A stretch of 55,846 nucleotides of DNA, the filler included, from Catajapyx aquilonaris (lineage: Eukaryota), in the NCBI GenBank assembly GCA_000934665.2. It is 3 parts of 3 records of this genome, joined end to end, with 100 filler letters (N's around TTAATTAATTAA, not from the genome) between each part and the next. Parts side by side here need not be neighbours in the genome. Positions count along the whole stretch, not along the records: positions 37,350 to 55,846 come from JYFJ02006678.1; 2 more parts are not named here. One strand, given 5' to 3'. Shown piece by piece: positions 40,250 through 52,421 of the stretch. Each line of letters begins with the position of its first letter. Position 1 is the first letter of the stretch. The translations under genes were made by a program, and so were the position numbers. The notes under the pieces were generated by a model. The model had not been told where the DNA came from, ran no database searches, and saw only the letters and a list, made by a program, of their open reading frames with translations.

Positions 40250-40532
40250 ATGAAATTCATCGTGTGCATCTTCCTGTTCCTGTTCACCGTCTCGGTTCAC
40301 GTCTCCAGCACGATTTACAAAGCTCGACCAGGTATGTATCAAGTGTTAGGTGATAATAATTATTGCTGGAGACTCGGTCGCTGTGACAAACTGTTGTAAT
40401 ACACATGTTTCATTTTCAGATATTTGTTCGCCTGGCGATACATACAATGCAGACTCTTGCAACTACAATACCTGCAGGGATCCGATGAACGACTATCAGC
40501 GCGACACTAGCACGCTTCTACCTTGCGAATGA
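40250..40532 (+). CDS. Secreted pacifastin-like peptide, copy 1 (64 aa, four-Cys variant)
   Basis: join(40250-40331, 40420-40532), phase-1 GT-AG intron; MKFIVCIFLFLFTVSVHVSS signal peptide plus TIYKARPDICSPGDTYNADSCNYNTCRDPMNDYQRDTSTLLPCE; AATAAA near 40670. Confidence 0.75.
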
Positions 40533-41054
40533 GACATTACATCTGCGGCATGTAACGTCAAACAAGCATTAGTTTCCACCATGTAATAACCACAGATCGT
40601 AATTACACTTTGATTACTTTGTCCGCAATATGGATGTAATAACAACTGTGCAGTGTTGCATTAACTTACAATAAATAACATCAGATGAAACTGGCTTATG
40701 TCAGGTATAAGGGCCATTCGCCGAATCAATTGTAGGAAACAGTCAGTGCCGTGTTACCGAATGGGCACACATTGACGACCAATAAGGATCCGCTCATGGA
40801 TCCGCTACGACCTGCAGATGGAAGCCAACAGAGCAGGAATAAGGGATTACTACACTTGGGATGAGGAGGAAGAGGACAAGGAAATGACGGAGGTCAAGTT
40901 GAGTCGGTTCCAGACAGACATGGTGGAGCAGCACCAGGTCATGAAGGACACCAAGATGTGGCCAGAAGAACCCAGGCCTAAGCGTCACAAGTTGATGAAG
41001 AAGGCACCTTTCTGAGGGTACAAGAACTTGATTATTTTGTTTCATTGCCTATGC

Positions 41055-41314
41055 CAGTGCTTCCCAAACTGTGGGTCGCGACCCCATTTGGGGTCCCGAA
41101 AATAATATTTGGGGTCGCTAGGGAGGGTAACCAATTATTTTCACAAAATGATGCTATCTTTCTTGAAAATCATGATTCATGACCATAAGGTAAGGTCATT
41201 TTTCTGTTTTACCTGTCTTTTCATGTTGGCAGATCGAAATGTGCACATATATAGGGGGTCGGAAATGCGAGATAATTTTTTGGGGTCGCCAACGCAAGAA
41301 ATTGGGAAGCACTG
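41055..41314. mobile_element. hAT-type MITE with 8-bp TSD
   Basis: GCCTATGC|CAGTGCTTCCCAA ... TTGGGAAGCACTG|GCCTATGC; the same insertion is present, right end damaged, at about 55009-55235, so it predates the duplication. Confidence 0.85.
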
Positions 41315-41733
41315 GCCTATGCCCGTCCAGCTGATTAGGTGAAAATAAAGTTTGGGTTTACAGCCACTGGGCCTACGAGTATGTAGTCAGGGTTCCAGCG
41401 GAGTTTGTAGAAGGACGTGGCCTAACATGAATTTAAAAAGTTTCATGGACAATGTTTACGGACGCGAAAATTGTGAAAAACTTGTGGTTGCCAGGTCAGG
41501 AAGTACCAACCCAAAATAGACATTATGTTGATAGAACCAATTCAAAAAGATCCATGTCCACAACGTTTTAGGTATTTTCAAGAGAGTCAATAACTCCAGA
41601 GCAGTTTGTTTACAGGCATGTAATTTCCTATGGAATTAACTTATTCATCTTGGCTACGTATATATTATTATCTAGAATGTTGCATGTGTAATGGGTCGAG
41701 TCCGGATTTTTAGGCACAACAAAATCCATGTTT

Positions 41734-42200
41734 AAGGGGCGATAGCCCCTTAGTAAGACCGTAGCATAGATTTCAACAATGAATTTCTTCAACATCTTCT
41801 TGTTGTTGTTGTTACGCTCTTTTTATTCGCCCTAACTCAAGTTCTGCTGTAGGTAGAGCTTCCAAATTTTGAACACAGATGCCCACCGTCGTGAAGTGCA
41901 TTCCTACCATTTACAGCTAAACTCAATTCCTCTTCAAAACGCCGAAGAAAAATGAAAAAGACGTTTCTATTTATTTGCTCAATAACTATTCGGAATTTGG
42001 TTTCTTCATCAAATGGCCGAATGCGCAGTAGGATGGTGCGGATCTATGTTCAAAACCCCGCACTTCCACCTGCTGCAGTATTGAAGTTATGATTTTTTTT
42101 TACGTCAAATACTTCATTTGTTCGCGATTCCATCGCCTAGCAATGTCAATTCCTATTTACACCTCGCCATATTGTTAGGGAAATGTTACCCTGCTGCTCT
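41734..42200 (+). mobile_element. Possible Helentron-associated (DINE/HINE-like) element
   Basis: Terminal stem-loop AAGGGGCGATAGCCCCTT followed by a (TTC/TTG)n microsatellite and an AT-rich core; right boundary approximate. Confidence 0.35.
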
Positions 42201-43300
42201 GGAGTGAACGGATTGTACTTATTACAGTTGAATCCGGATATAACATACTTGGTTAAAAAGGCCGTCCCGGCATGCTTCCATTAGGCACTGTGTATTTGTA
42301 CTCCTGATGTAACAGACTCATTTTCACCTCACATCCGGTATAACAGACCATTTCTTGGACCCTCGGTGGGAAAATATTGTTTTCCAGGTATGCACAAAGG
42401 AGACGGCAGAAGGAAATTTCTGATATTTTGGTCCTGCATAATTTTCGGGTGAGCCAATATTGCATTTGTGACAGATTTCATTAATCGGTATGTAGTCTAG
42501 TAGTGCATAGTACAGCCACATTGAAAGCGGAAATTTATGTTTTCGTTGCATGACGATTCGGCTATAACATAACCAGGTAATACCGGCCAACTCTTAAGCT
42601 GATTTAATTATGAAATTATCTTCCAGTATCGTTGCATTTCGCGAAAATTAAATAAGTTTGGGAGTTTTCAGATGTGACCGAGGCAAGCCACACATAGTAT
42701 TGATTTAATTCTTGGAAGAGTTCCACGATTTCAGTAAATTCGGCTGGTACGGTTCTCAATGTAGATAATAATTGAAGGGTTGCCCCGAATAATGTTGTAA
42801 GTGACATTGGTGACAGTTGTCTAGTTTTGGTTTCCGCGGGTCCGGGAATTGGAAAAGATACATGTCCTGGGCATTTCCATGCAAACACAGACATACTGTC
42901 CGTTCGTTACGCAGGTTTTGCAGACATGATTGTACTTGCGTATTTTATTGTAACGTGCCAGACGAACTGATTTGCTGAAATCGTCGCATTTCGCGAAAAT
43001 TAAGTACGGTTGGGAGTTTTCAGATGTGACGGAGGCAAGATTTCAGCAAATTCGTCTGGTACAGTTCTCAATGTATACTGATATTACGTATATTTTAGCG
43101 TATAGGCTATTTCATAATAATTAAATCAGACTAACCGTTGGCTGGTAGCACTCGACTTTCGTTTTTTTACGACTATCTCTGTGAAAATAATTTTAGGGAC
43201 TTCTAAGCGACGAAAATCGTCTCCAATCCATTCAGAGTGCAGACTGTATAGTGTAGACACTGTGGAGCATAAGTTATGTGTACTGTCAAAAAAGAACTGA

Positions 43301-44086
43301 AATTAGATCAAAAACTTTCACTTCGGTAAAAAAAAGAGAAGTAAGACCTCCGCGGCGGAATAAAAGTACTGAAACAAGGCAGGCGCACGTGAGACCTTCA
43401 CCAATTGATTTAAGCTGTACCATAGGTCTTACTCAAGCAATTCTCAAGTACTGTATGGATCGGCTCGTAAATATTACTGCTGCAAACTACTCAGAGCAGT
43501 AGGTTTATTATGAAAAGAAAAAAATGGGGGGGGAAACTAAACCCATTCTAACAGACTTGGTCCAATCGAAAAAGACCCTCTAAAATTCACCAATTAACGT
43601 TTATATGTGAAAAATTAAATGTTAGAGTTAAAATCAGCATCTAAAAGAGGTGACGATTCTGCATGTTTCCTGGCAATAATTCACACTAATCGCATATAAA
43701 TTCAATGTGCTTTTGAAGTTCCTAATGTCATAAAACACTAATATGGAGTGGCTCATGGAAAATTAATGGGTGGAATTTTCGTCGTACTACTATTATTACT
43801 ATTAACTGTAGGCCTGTAGTTACTGCTAACTTATAGCAGTACCATTGCACTACACTGGTACTGCTAAGTTAGAAGTAACTAGTAGTACGCCAGAAATTCC
43901 ACAAATTTGTTTTCGGAAAGGAGATTTCATGAGCAGTAAATTGGTAATTGCTTGAGTAAGACCTATGGTACAGCTTAAATCAATTGGTGAAGGTCTTACG
44001 TGCGCCTGCCTTGTTTCAGTACTTTCATTCCGCCGCGGAGGTCTTACTTCTCTTTTTTTTTACCGAAGTGAAGGTTTTTGATCTAA
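43301..44086. mobile_element. Foldback/MITE with ~140-bp inverted arms
   Basis: 43301-43442 (ATTAGATCAAAAAC...CTCAAGCAATT) mirrors 43946-44086. Confidence 0.75.
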
Positions 44087-44522
44087 TATGCCAGTATAAG
44101 GACAAGTTTTCATGATCATCACAGCATTATCACGATCTCTGTGAAAAATAATTATGACTCAAATGAATGCATTACACCATGTCCTGTACGGTGCGCATAC
44201 AGCCCAAGACACTTCTATTGCCTGACACATCCCGTAAGATCGTTCGTTAAGTTTAAATTTCACTGCAACATTAATTTTTAAATTAAAAGTACAAGGCTGC
44301 AGGAAGGGAAGCATACCTACCAGGATATTTCATAGACTGGAATATCTGAGTCTTAACGAGGCTTCTCACACATATTGATACCACTACACTAAGTGATCCT
44401 CTGAATGCCAACATGATCTACGACTACAGAACTATTATTGAGGAAAACGAAGGACTGAAGGAATTTGCCTGGATCCTCTGTAATGCTTAGAGCAATCTGA
44501 ATATGGGATTGGTCAGACTCTA
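44087..44522 (+). repeat. Duplicated block, copy 1 part b (matches 55246-~55702)
   Basis: TATGCCAGTATAAGGACAAGTTTTCA ... GAATATGGGATTGGTCA present at both places with high identity. Confidence 0.9.
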
Positions 44523-45925
44523 TGCCCGAAGATGCAACAGATGAACTGGCATCTAATCACTTCAAGGAAAAGAGATGATCGAACTTTCGGTTTAATGAAT
44601 GCCTGTTTTTACCGTGCTTCAGAACCACTTCATGCGGAGTTTGAAGATGCGGTTCGACTCATCACGAAATGCCTCGTAGATGCCATGGAACATCTGAGTT
44701 TTGATTGGCGTTGAGGAGAAGAATAAGAGCCATAATTCTGCTTTAATTTTGCATTGTTGTGCAGGATAAGTGGGAAATAAAACAGAAAGCTCCATTTGAC
44801 TAAAACAATAACGGTCATGAAAATATACATTTGTTTAGGTCATAGGAAGCTATGTAGCACTGCAGAAGGAATGGGACAGCTGCATATATACTCTACAGTA
44901 TATATTATGCAACTGTCCCATTCCTTCTGCAGTATTCTATACTGAGATTGAATAGTCATTGTTGTTTAGCTCCTATACTTTCCACGACGCTTGTTGCTTC
45001 ATTGTGTTCATCTATCATTTTGGAAATAAATTTCTACCTCTTTGAATAAACTTTTTAGGGAAATATCTATAACAAAAAAGACCTTAAAATGATCAGATAT
45101 TTGCGAAAAACATGTTACATACATTTGTGAGCAACTTGTGAAAGCATTGTTGGTAGAGTGTTTCAGGTGAATGTAGTGTACATGACAATAATATTCAAAG
45201 TAATATTCATCCAGTAACTTATCCCTTCCCTTGTTGCGTTTTAAAATCACCTAATACATAATTATGTACGACATTAAAATAGATGATGTTTTTATAACAC
45301 TAAAAATATTTCGAGTGGTTTTTTGTTCCGTGATGTTTGTTTTTTTTCATTTCAGTTTGACTGACCGTTGTGAGAGATTTCAGAACAACTTGAATCCAAT
45401 TCCGTCATTTTCTGCTGGAAATAGCTCAATATTAAGTGAGCAATTTTTTCCTTGCACTATAAGGTGGGCATCTTCCCTAAAATTATAATTTATTTAGGGT
45501 TGAATCTGCATGTAGCTTAACTACTACCGTAAATAAAAGTTTGAATAATAGTAGGCCTATATTGGATTGGTCTATGAAATACACTAGACCTATGGAGGAC
45601 AAAAAAATATTACTCCTCACTGGAATATGTGTCACTTCTTGATTAGTTATATAGTTTAGCTTTAGCCTATGTGTAGGCCCCCACTGTGCTCATACTCTAA
45701 AGCAAGGATAATTGTTATTACACACATTGTACATTGTTGTAAGTATAGTTCAAGGATATAAATTACACACTTCAGCATTCTCATTCATTTATCATTCTAA
45801 CCTGGCAATTTCATATAATAATGTGACTATTTTATCGGGGTTGTGCAAGCTACTGTGTGTGGAGATAATATTCATATATAAAAAGGGCTCTGTTACACTC
45901 ATTCGAGGCTTATCCGAGTAGAAAA

Positions 45926-48900
45926 ATGTTGACTCTGAAGCTCCTTGTGCTATTCCTGCTGCTTTCACCCACTTTTGCCGGTAAGAAATTGATCACATTA
46001 TTACATCCTGAGACAGTTAATTATTATAGGTTAAAGACCTAGGTGCAAAACATTGCAATTTTTTTGCTCTCTATATAGTCACGGTTGCAATTACCTATAG
46101 TTAACGTAATGAATGTCCCGGAAAATATGAAAAACACAAGATGAATTTTTACTGGTGGGCAAGGATTATTTAAAAGAGAGGTGCCTTATTTTATTACAGA
46201 ATCAGAAGAATCGGAAGAAGCTTCGGACGTTGAGGTCCTTCCTCCACTTAAGAAAGGTAGCGGCAAGATGGGGAAATTTACAGGAACTGAATTCGAAGAC
46301 GATGAAGAGTTACCTCCTCAATACATTGTAATGATCGATTCTGAGTTGGATCGTGGTACTTTGTACCAGAAAGAAATTAATAAGCAAACGGTGTTTTGCT
46401 CTCAATTTCTATAGGCTACCATCTACAACGGGTTCAGGTACTGGTGCATGGGAGTGCTGATCTCAGATTTTTGGACGCTGACCGTAGCCCACTGCATCTA
46501 CAAGTAAGTCACTCCATTATATCATATGCATCTGACTGGATGACCCCCACGTCTTTAACCTTTCAGCCGAGATCCCAAGATGATATTCGTCAGTTTCGGT
46601 AGGTATTACAAGGACCAGATACATGGCGACTATGACGGATCGTCAGCCAGGTACGTCATCCCTCATCCAAGGTTCAAGATTGATGAAGGCAATGTCTTGG
46701 ATAGTAAATCGAAACACAACCGTTATGACATCGGACTCATTCAGGTATGTCGTATGTATACAGGAGAACTTTCGTGATTATCTATGGTAAGCAATAAAAT
46801 ATGCCTTTCGGACAAATGCATATATGTGCCATACAACCGTCATTTTAATTACCGTATTTTTCAACATTATTTTATTATTTTGTGTCTTTACTTCAACAGA
46901 CAAGAAAGGGATTTTTCGACATACCTAAAGCTAGACTGCAGTTTCCATGGAGAAATGGACCGGAAAGAACTGACAAATTTATTGCTTATGGATGGGGCTT
47001 GCCAGGGAATTGGCAGTTCGATCAGGTAAGTCTGGAGCAAACGGACACCGAAAGGGATTTTTTCTTGCTCCTGTGGCCATAGATTTGAGCAACTGGACTG
47101 TTGTTCTTGACGATCGTAGTTGCCTTAGAATGTGCAGTATCTACCCCTATATTTGGCTGTTACACTGGTGTAAGTTGTTAAAGCAGCATAAATATTTTTT
47201 TCAATTTCCATACCCTGGGGGCAAACGGACGCCTACATTTAGGAATGAAAAAATAGCAATTTTTCCCCATCAGAACCTGGGATTTAATGGCGAAGAGTAT
47301 TGCGGGGTACCTATGGAACCCCATTCCGGCTGCATACAGAGCCACATTATCTTACTTCACCGTTCTGATAGCTCGGTCCATGTGTTCGGTAATAATGCCA
47401 CGAACACCGAGTAGAGGAACGTTACCGATTTCGTATACCATTTTGCAAGAATTGCATGTCACATATAATAATAATCATCTATTTATAATAATCATCTCGT
47501 ATACACACCATGCTGGGGTTGTCAAATTAAGTGAATAGTCTACTGTACGTGTATTTTTCTTTCAACATTTGAAAGTGTCCATAAACCCCTTGTCCTTGGA
47601 GCGTGTCCGTTTGCCCCACACCTCACATGGCCGTCTGCCCCCAAAGTCATCATCGTGAGTTATGAGTTACAGCAACAATGTGTATAAGTGTGTGCTGTCC
47701 GAACTTACATTGTAACATTTTCACTGGCAGGAAGCTGGCTTACGAACTGATCATGTGGCATTGCTCTGAAACAGCACCCTGAAACCACATCCTTGTCTCA
47801 TATCAAAAATAATATATTAGCCTACGCGTGACTTTTGGAATGCTTGGGGCTTGCATACACTATACTTTAGATGGCCCTGATTGATGAGTACCGGACTGGA
47901 CCTTCTTCCTAACAGTCCAAGTCTTCAATCTTGACCGAAAATATAATTATATCCGCTTTATGCTATTTGCCTTCAGGCGCGGCACTGGATTTACCCTAAC
48001 AAGTGTCCATTATTTGTCCCCATATCCGTTTGCGACACACTAATACCTTATATGATTGTCTATCGGGTTGGCTTCGAGTAAGCAAGGCGACTGCCTGGCA
48101 AATTTTGCTTCCTCATTTTAGGACAAAATAAATGGACCCTTCCGCCAAATGTACCCCTATATGAAGCCAACCTTACACAAACTCAAGTATCTTCGACGCG
48201 GAACTGTGTCGGAAAATGCTGAGCCTTACGTTCTGGGTTTCGATAAGATCTGGGATGACCGTGCTCCTGTAGCCTGCCACGTAAGTAAAGCTAATAATCT
48301 GTTGACGGTTGATTTACTTTCAGTGTTGCATTGGACGTTGCCAATAATATTACTGCATTATTGCAGTCTTAAAGCAATGACAGCCCCAAGGTTTGGTTTG
48401 AGTTAACTCATTGGGTTTCATGAGCATTGTTTGTTATTTTAAATATGGAAAATAAAATATGAATTTAAAGCAGATCACTCGTAATTATACGTATATACAG
48501 GATGTATGCTGTAATTTGGGACATGCTTCTAGGGGTAATAGAGGGGACCAAGACAAGTATTTTTGACATAGGAGCCCGTGTCCGGAAACGCCATCTAGAG
48601 GGGGTTCATAGACGAGGAACGGGTGCGCCCAGACGCGTCTCGCGGGAGGCGCTAGGCGAGCGGACTGTTTTGTTGATAGATGGCTCTGTTGTTGCCAGGT
48701 TATGTCGTATCGCGTCGTTGTAAGCAAACAACGACGCGATACGCCATAACCTGGCAACAACAGAGCCATCTAGCCTCCTGGTAGACGGGCGGAGAGTAAA
48801 CAACGGTTATGTTGTTTCCTGGTTTATATGAAGTATCGCGTCGTTGTTTACTTACAATGAAGCGATACGCCATGACCTGGCAACAACTGCGCGCCATCTA

Positions 48901-50567
48901 TCAACAAAACAGTCCGCTCGCCTAGCGCCTCCCGCGAGACGCGTCTGAGCGCACCCGTTCCTTGTCTATGAACCCCCTCTAGATGGCGTTTCCGGACACG
49001 GGCTCCTATGTCGAAAATACTTGTCTTGGTCCCCTCTATTACCCTAGAAGTCTGTCCCAAATTGCAGCCTACACGCTCTACACACATATAGCAGGGTGTT
49101 TATAAAAGAATGGTGGGGTTTCGTAAGTGAATAAAACAGCTGTTTACAACCTTACATGGGTGTAACCTGCACCATTTGGAAGAGCAAAGGTCCAAGTTTG
49201 AGATGAGTTACCAACGGTTCATTTATGGTCACTGTGGGTCGAGTTTCCAAAAGGGCGACTCTACAGGAGAAGGCGTTCTGTGTTTTTGAGGAACGTCAAT
49301 GACTGAAGGAAGCAGGGACGTGAACATGTCAAAAACGAGAGTCTGGAAGGTTTTGTGTCAAATCGTACAAGTTTCTGTTGGTGCAGGCCCTAACACCAGC
49401 AGACAAGGTGAAAAGCAGTGACTTTTGCATGGAAATGCAGTCAATTTTGGAGGTCGGTGGTTTCGTAGAATGGCTCGTCGTCACTGATGAAGCCGCATTT
49501 TTCATATCAGTGTCAAGGTTAATGGTCAACACCTTCCAGACTGTCGTTTTTGTCATATTCAGTTCCCTGCTCCTTTTAGTCACTGACTTTCCTCAAAAAA
49601 AAACACACACAACGCCTTCTCCTGCAGAGCCGCCATTTTGGAAACTGGTCCCACAGTGACCCTGCAGTGACCATAAATGAACTGTTGGTAACTCATCTCA
49701 AACTTGGACCTTTGCTCTTCCTAATGGTGCAGGTTACACCTATGTAAGGTTGTAAACAGCTGTTTTATTCACTTACGAAACCCCACCATTCTTTTATAAA
49801 CAGAATGCTGTACGCAGGCTGTACGTTATGGAAGAACGATGTAAATAAAGATTTGGCTGTTTTGAGTTGACAATGTAGAAACGTAGTAAATGGCCGGCTG
49901 GTTCGAACAGTACAGTCCACCCAACGCCATCTGTTGATTTAGCCGAGAAAAAGCTGGACATTCCAGCAAGAGTGCATTCACGTTCCATGGGATCCTCGGC
50001 AGAAAAACACGTCTCCTGAAAAGTTGCCAAAAGTCATTTGCAACGTTCTTCCATAACAGCATTCATATATTTGCACAGGTTTTTCCCCAATCACTCCTAT
50101 ATCATTCACAGAGACATATTTTCTCAATTTTTTTCCCCAAGTGCCTTTTAAAGTGAAGAATACTATTTAACTGAAACATTGAATTCGGTGCATAATATAG
50201 GCTATTTCATATAAGTCCGTGCTGTCATGATGAGAAGGCCCATTTTTTGATCAGATGTTCCCCACATGTTTCTGGAGAAGCTATATAAATTGTCACAGCA
50301 ATTGGTTATTATATATGGTTTTGTTTCGAACAGGGTGATTCGGGAGCACCTCTGATATCCGCAGCCAATTCCACACAGGCGGTGTATGGATTAGCTTCTT
50401 CTGCGAGCGCTTGTACGATGGAATGGCCAAAGACGACCAAAAGCGTATTCACAAGAATCGCGGTCTTCTGGGATTGGATCCGCCCATACGTGCCGGATGC
50501 TCAAGAAGGGGGCTTCTTGGGAGAGTTTAATCATCCAAATAACATGGACACTCGCGATTTCCTGTAA
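45926..50567 (+). CDS. Secreted S1 (chymotrypsin-fold) serine protease, complete, about 322 aa
   Basis: join(45926-45980, 46200-46327, 46415-46503, 46567-46744, 46900-47025, 48122-48280, 50334-50567) = 969 nt, all GT-AG and in phase; signal peptide MLTLKLLVLFLLLSPTFA; WCMGVLISDFWTLTVAHC (His57), YDIGLIQ (Asp102), AYGWG, ACHGDSGAPL (Ser195), SVFTRIAVFWDWI. Confidence 0.88.
48498..49075. mobile_element. Palindromic Tc1/mariner-type MITE in the last protease intron
   Basis: 48498-~48720 mirrors ~48850-49075, with inner hairpins; same family as 15937-16306. Confidence 0.8.
49092..49802. mobile_element. Rearranged Tc1/mariner element with long TIRs and transposase fragments (rosa/DD41D-like)
   Basis: CAGGGTGTTTATAAAAGAATGGTGGGG... 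arms of about 200 bp; plus-strand fragment YKFLLVQALTPADKVKSSDFCMEMQ...WLVVTDEAAFFIS (first catalytic Asp motif) and minus-strand HTH fragment SRELNMTKTTVWKVL. Confidence 0.75.
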
Positions 50568-51280
50568 AAAAAACGGAGGAGGAGGAGAGAATTATTTTCA
50601 AGTAGAACGTTGTAGCGGTGTATATTACTGTAGACAGATCAAAGTCTTGTAAGGAGGCGTAAATATTAATAATCAGATGTTATGAAAATAGCAATGCTGA
50701 ATCACGCAGACATCAAGGCTTTGAAATCCTACAAAACTGCAATAAATGTAGAGTAATAAATAACAGAATGAAATGCTTTGGTCCAATAAATGCCAAAACT
50801 GACGTTGGAAAAATAATTATTATTCAACTACATTGTTTTAGCAAGGCAATGTGTTTTTTCTGAGACTGTTAACTCAAACAATATATTAAGTTATGTAGCC
50901 ACAACACAGATGCATTTGTGAGCAAATTTGAATCAGACAAGCGTCAAAGAATATTGGTTGATGCTGCATGGGGCAACATTTTCTTGATTGAAAAATTTAT
51001 GAGGCAAACTCTGTACTAATACTCTAAAGTCTAAACAAAGCATGGAAAAGGGCCTATGATATAAGGATTAATGCCTGTTAATGCACACAACATACTGTAC
51101 GTTGTTAAAAGGTGTTTCAAGGATATATGCTACCCACTGAAGTCCTTTGATTCATGTATCTTAACGGATAATGTGTAATAATGAAGATATTTGCTCAAAG
51201 TTGTGCAAGGTATAGTGTGACGTGCAGAAATATTTCATGTGAAGATGGCCTACTGTTCTTCAAGGCTTATTCAGGTCAAA

Positions 51281-52153
51281 ATGTCGCCTCTGAAGCTCCT
51301 TCTGCTATTCCTGCTACCATCACCAGCCCTTACTGGTAAGATGTTGATCACATTATTACATCCTTTGACAGAAAATGATGTTGTAGAGGTAGACCCTTGT
51401 ATGAAAAACAGTGCAATTTATTGCCCTAGTCACTTCACACCTGCATGCATCTATTGCACTTCAAGTAATGCATTTCTATGAGTAAATAGCCCGGACATGT
51501 GACGAAAATGGGATGAATTTTAATCACACAGGGAGTTTATAATTATGTAAAACCGAAGCAGTGGTAGCGGAGGGGATTTGGTATCCGGCTGCAAATCGGG
51601 AGGTCCAGGGATCAAATCCCCAGGCCGGCAACTCTGACCGTGGTTTTCTGTGGTTTCCCACGGTCACCCCCAGGTGAATACCGGAGTTGTTTCCTAATCG
51701 TAGGCCACAGCCGCTTCCTACCTTTCCTATCCATGTCCCACACTGGAGGAGGTGCGGTGTTTGTGGGAGGTCTCTTACCCGCACCTATAGAGGGTCGTCT
51801 TTCAACCTAAGCCCTCTGGGGGACTGCACACGGCCTCCGCCATGAGACATTGCACTTGCACCACTGTCCCCCCCTCCATCCTAGCACCGGAGAGATTGAA
51901 AATGGTCGAAAAACCTCCCCCCTATATAAGCCTGAAGGCTTCAAGGGTGTAATTTAAAAAAAAAATTATGTAAAAGAAAGTTTCGCTATTTTCAACGGGA
52001 TCCGGCGAAGTAAAAGAAGCTTCGAACACGAGCCAGGAGAGACGGACGTTGAGGACATTGCTGTGGACAAGAAAAGCGACTGCAAGAAGGGGAAACTCAC
52101 AGGATAATATTACGACGACGACGATAATTTATTATACAAGTAGTTATTGCATT
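51281..52153 (+). pseudogene. Truncated pseudogene paralog of the S1 protease (exons 1-2 only)
   Basis: Exon 1 51281-51335 MSPLKLLLLFLLPSPALT|gtaag is homologous to 45926-45980, including the intron start; exon-2 homolog about 51999-52153 has acceptor CGG instead of CAG, a frameshift and an in-frame TAA after KGKLTG; no catalytic exons found downstream. Confidence 0.75.
51553..51963 (+). mobile_element. tRNA-derived SINE family C with a conserved arthropod core (Inv-like)
   Basis: 12-bp TSD AATTATGTAAAA at 51541-51552 and 51964-51975; tRNA-like head; GGTTTTCTGTGGTTTCCC...CAGGTGAATACCGG...AGGCCACAGCCGCTTCCT core; poly-A tail. Confidence 0.8.
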
Positions 52154-52421
52154 AGAAGGCACACTGTTCACTTCACTACATTAACGACGCATCGGAGGCA
52201 CCAAGTGTATTTGCAAGAAATGTTCCTTTCTAGTCACTCCACTCCTCAAAATATGAGTACATCATTAACAGTCATGTACTTCAAAATGATATTCGTCGGT
52301 GTCTGTGCTGCTCGTACACTTGAGTAAGAAATATATGCCATGATTTTGACTCAACTGCATATATGCATGGCAACGGTGACATAATTATTTGAAAATACTA
52401 CACGTCTTTAATTTTTTTCAG

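Larger units (their letters stand above)
40017..41314 (+). repeat. Duplicated block, copy 1 part a (matches 53955-~55235)
   Basis: Colinear high identity starting TTAAACTGACTATTTAAATGAGGG at 40017 and 53955, running through the peptide gene, its 3' region and a shared hAT MITE. Confidence 0.9.

Noticed and set aside
40070..40342. Minus-strand ORF conserved in both duplicates (also 54008-54283)
   Set aside because: Antisense to the peptide gene promoter and exon 1; conservation is explained by recent duplication.
36699..50567. Downstream plus-strand exons as the continuation of ACAP
   Set aside because: Separated by an artificial linker; those exons encode a signal-peptide protease and peptides, with no BAR, PH or ArfGAP sequence.
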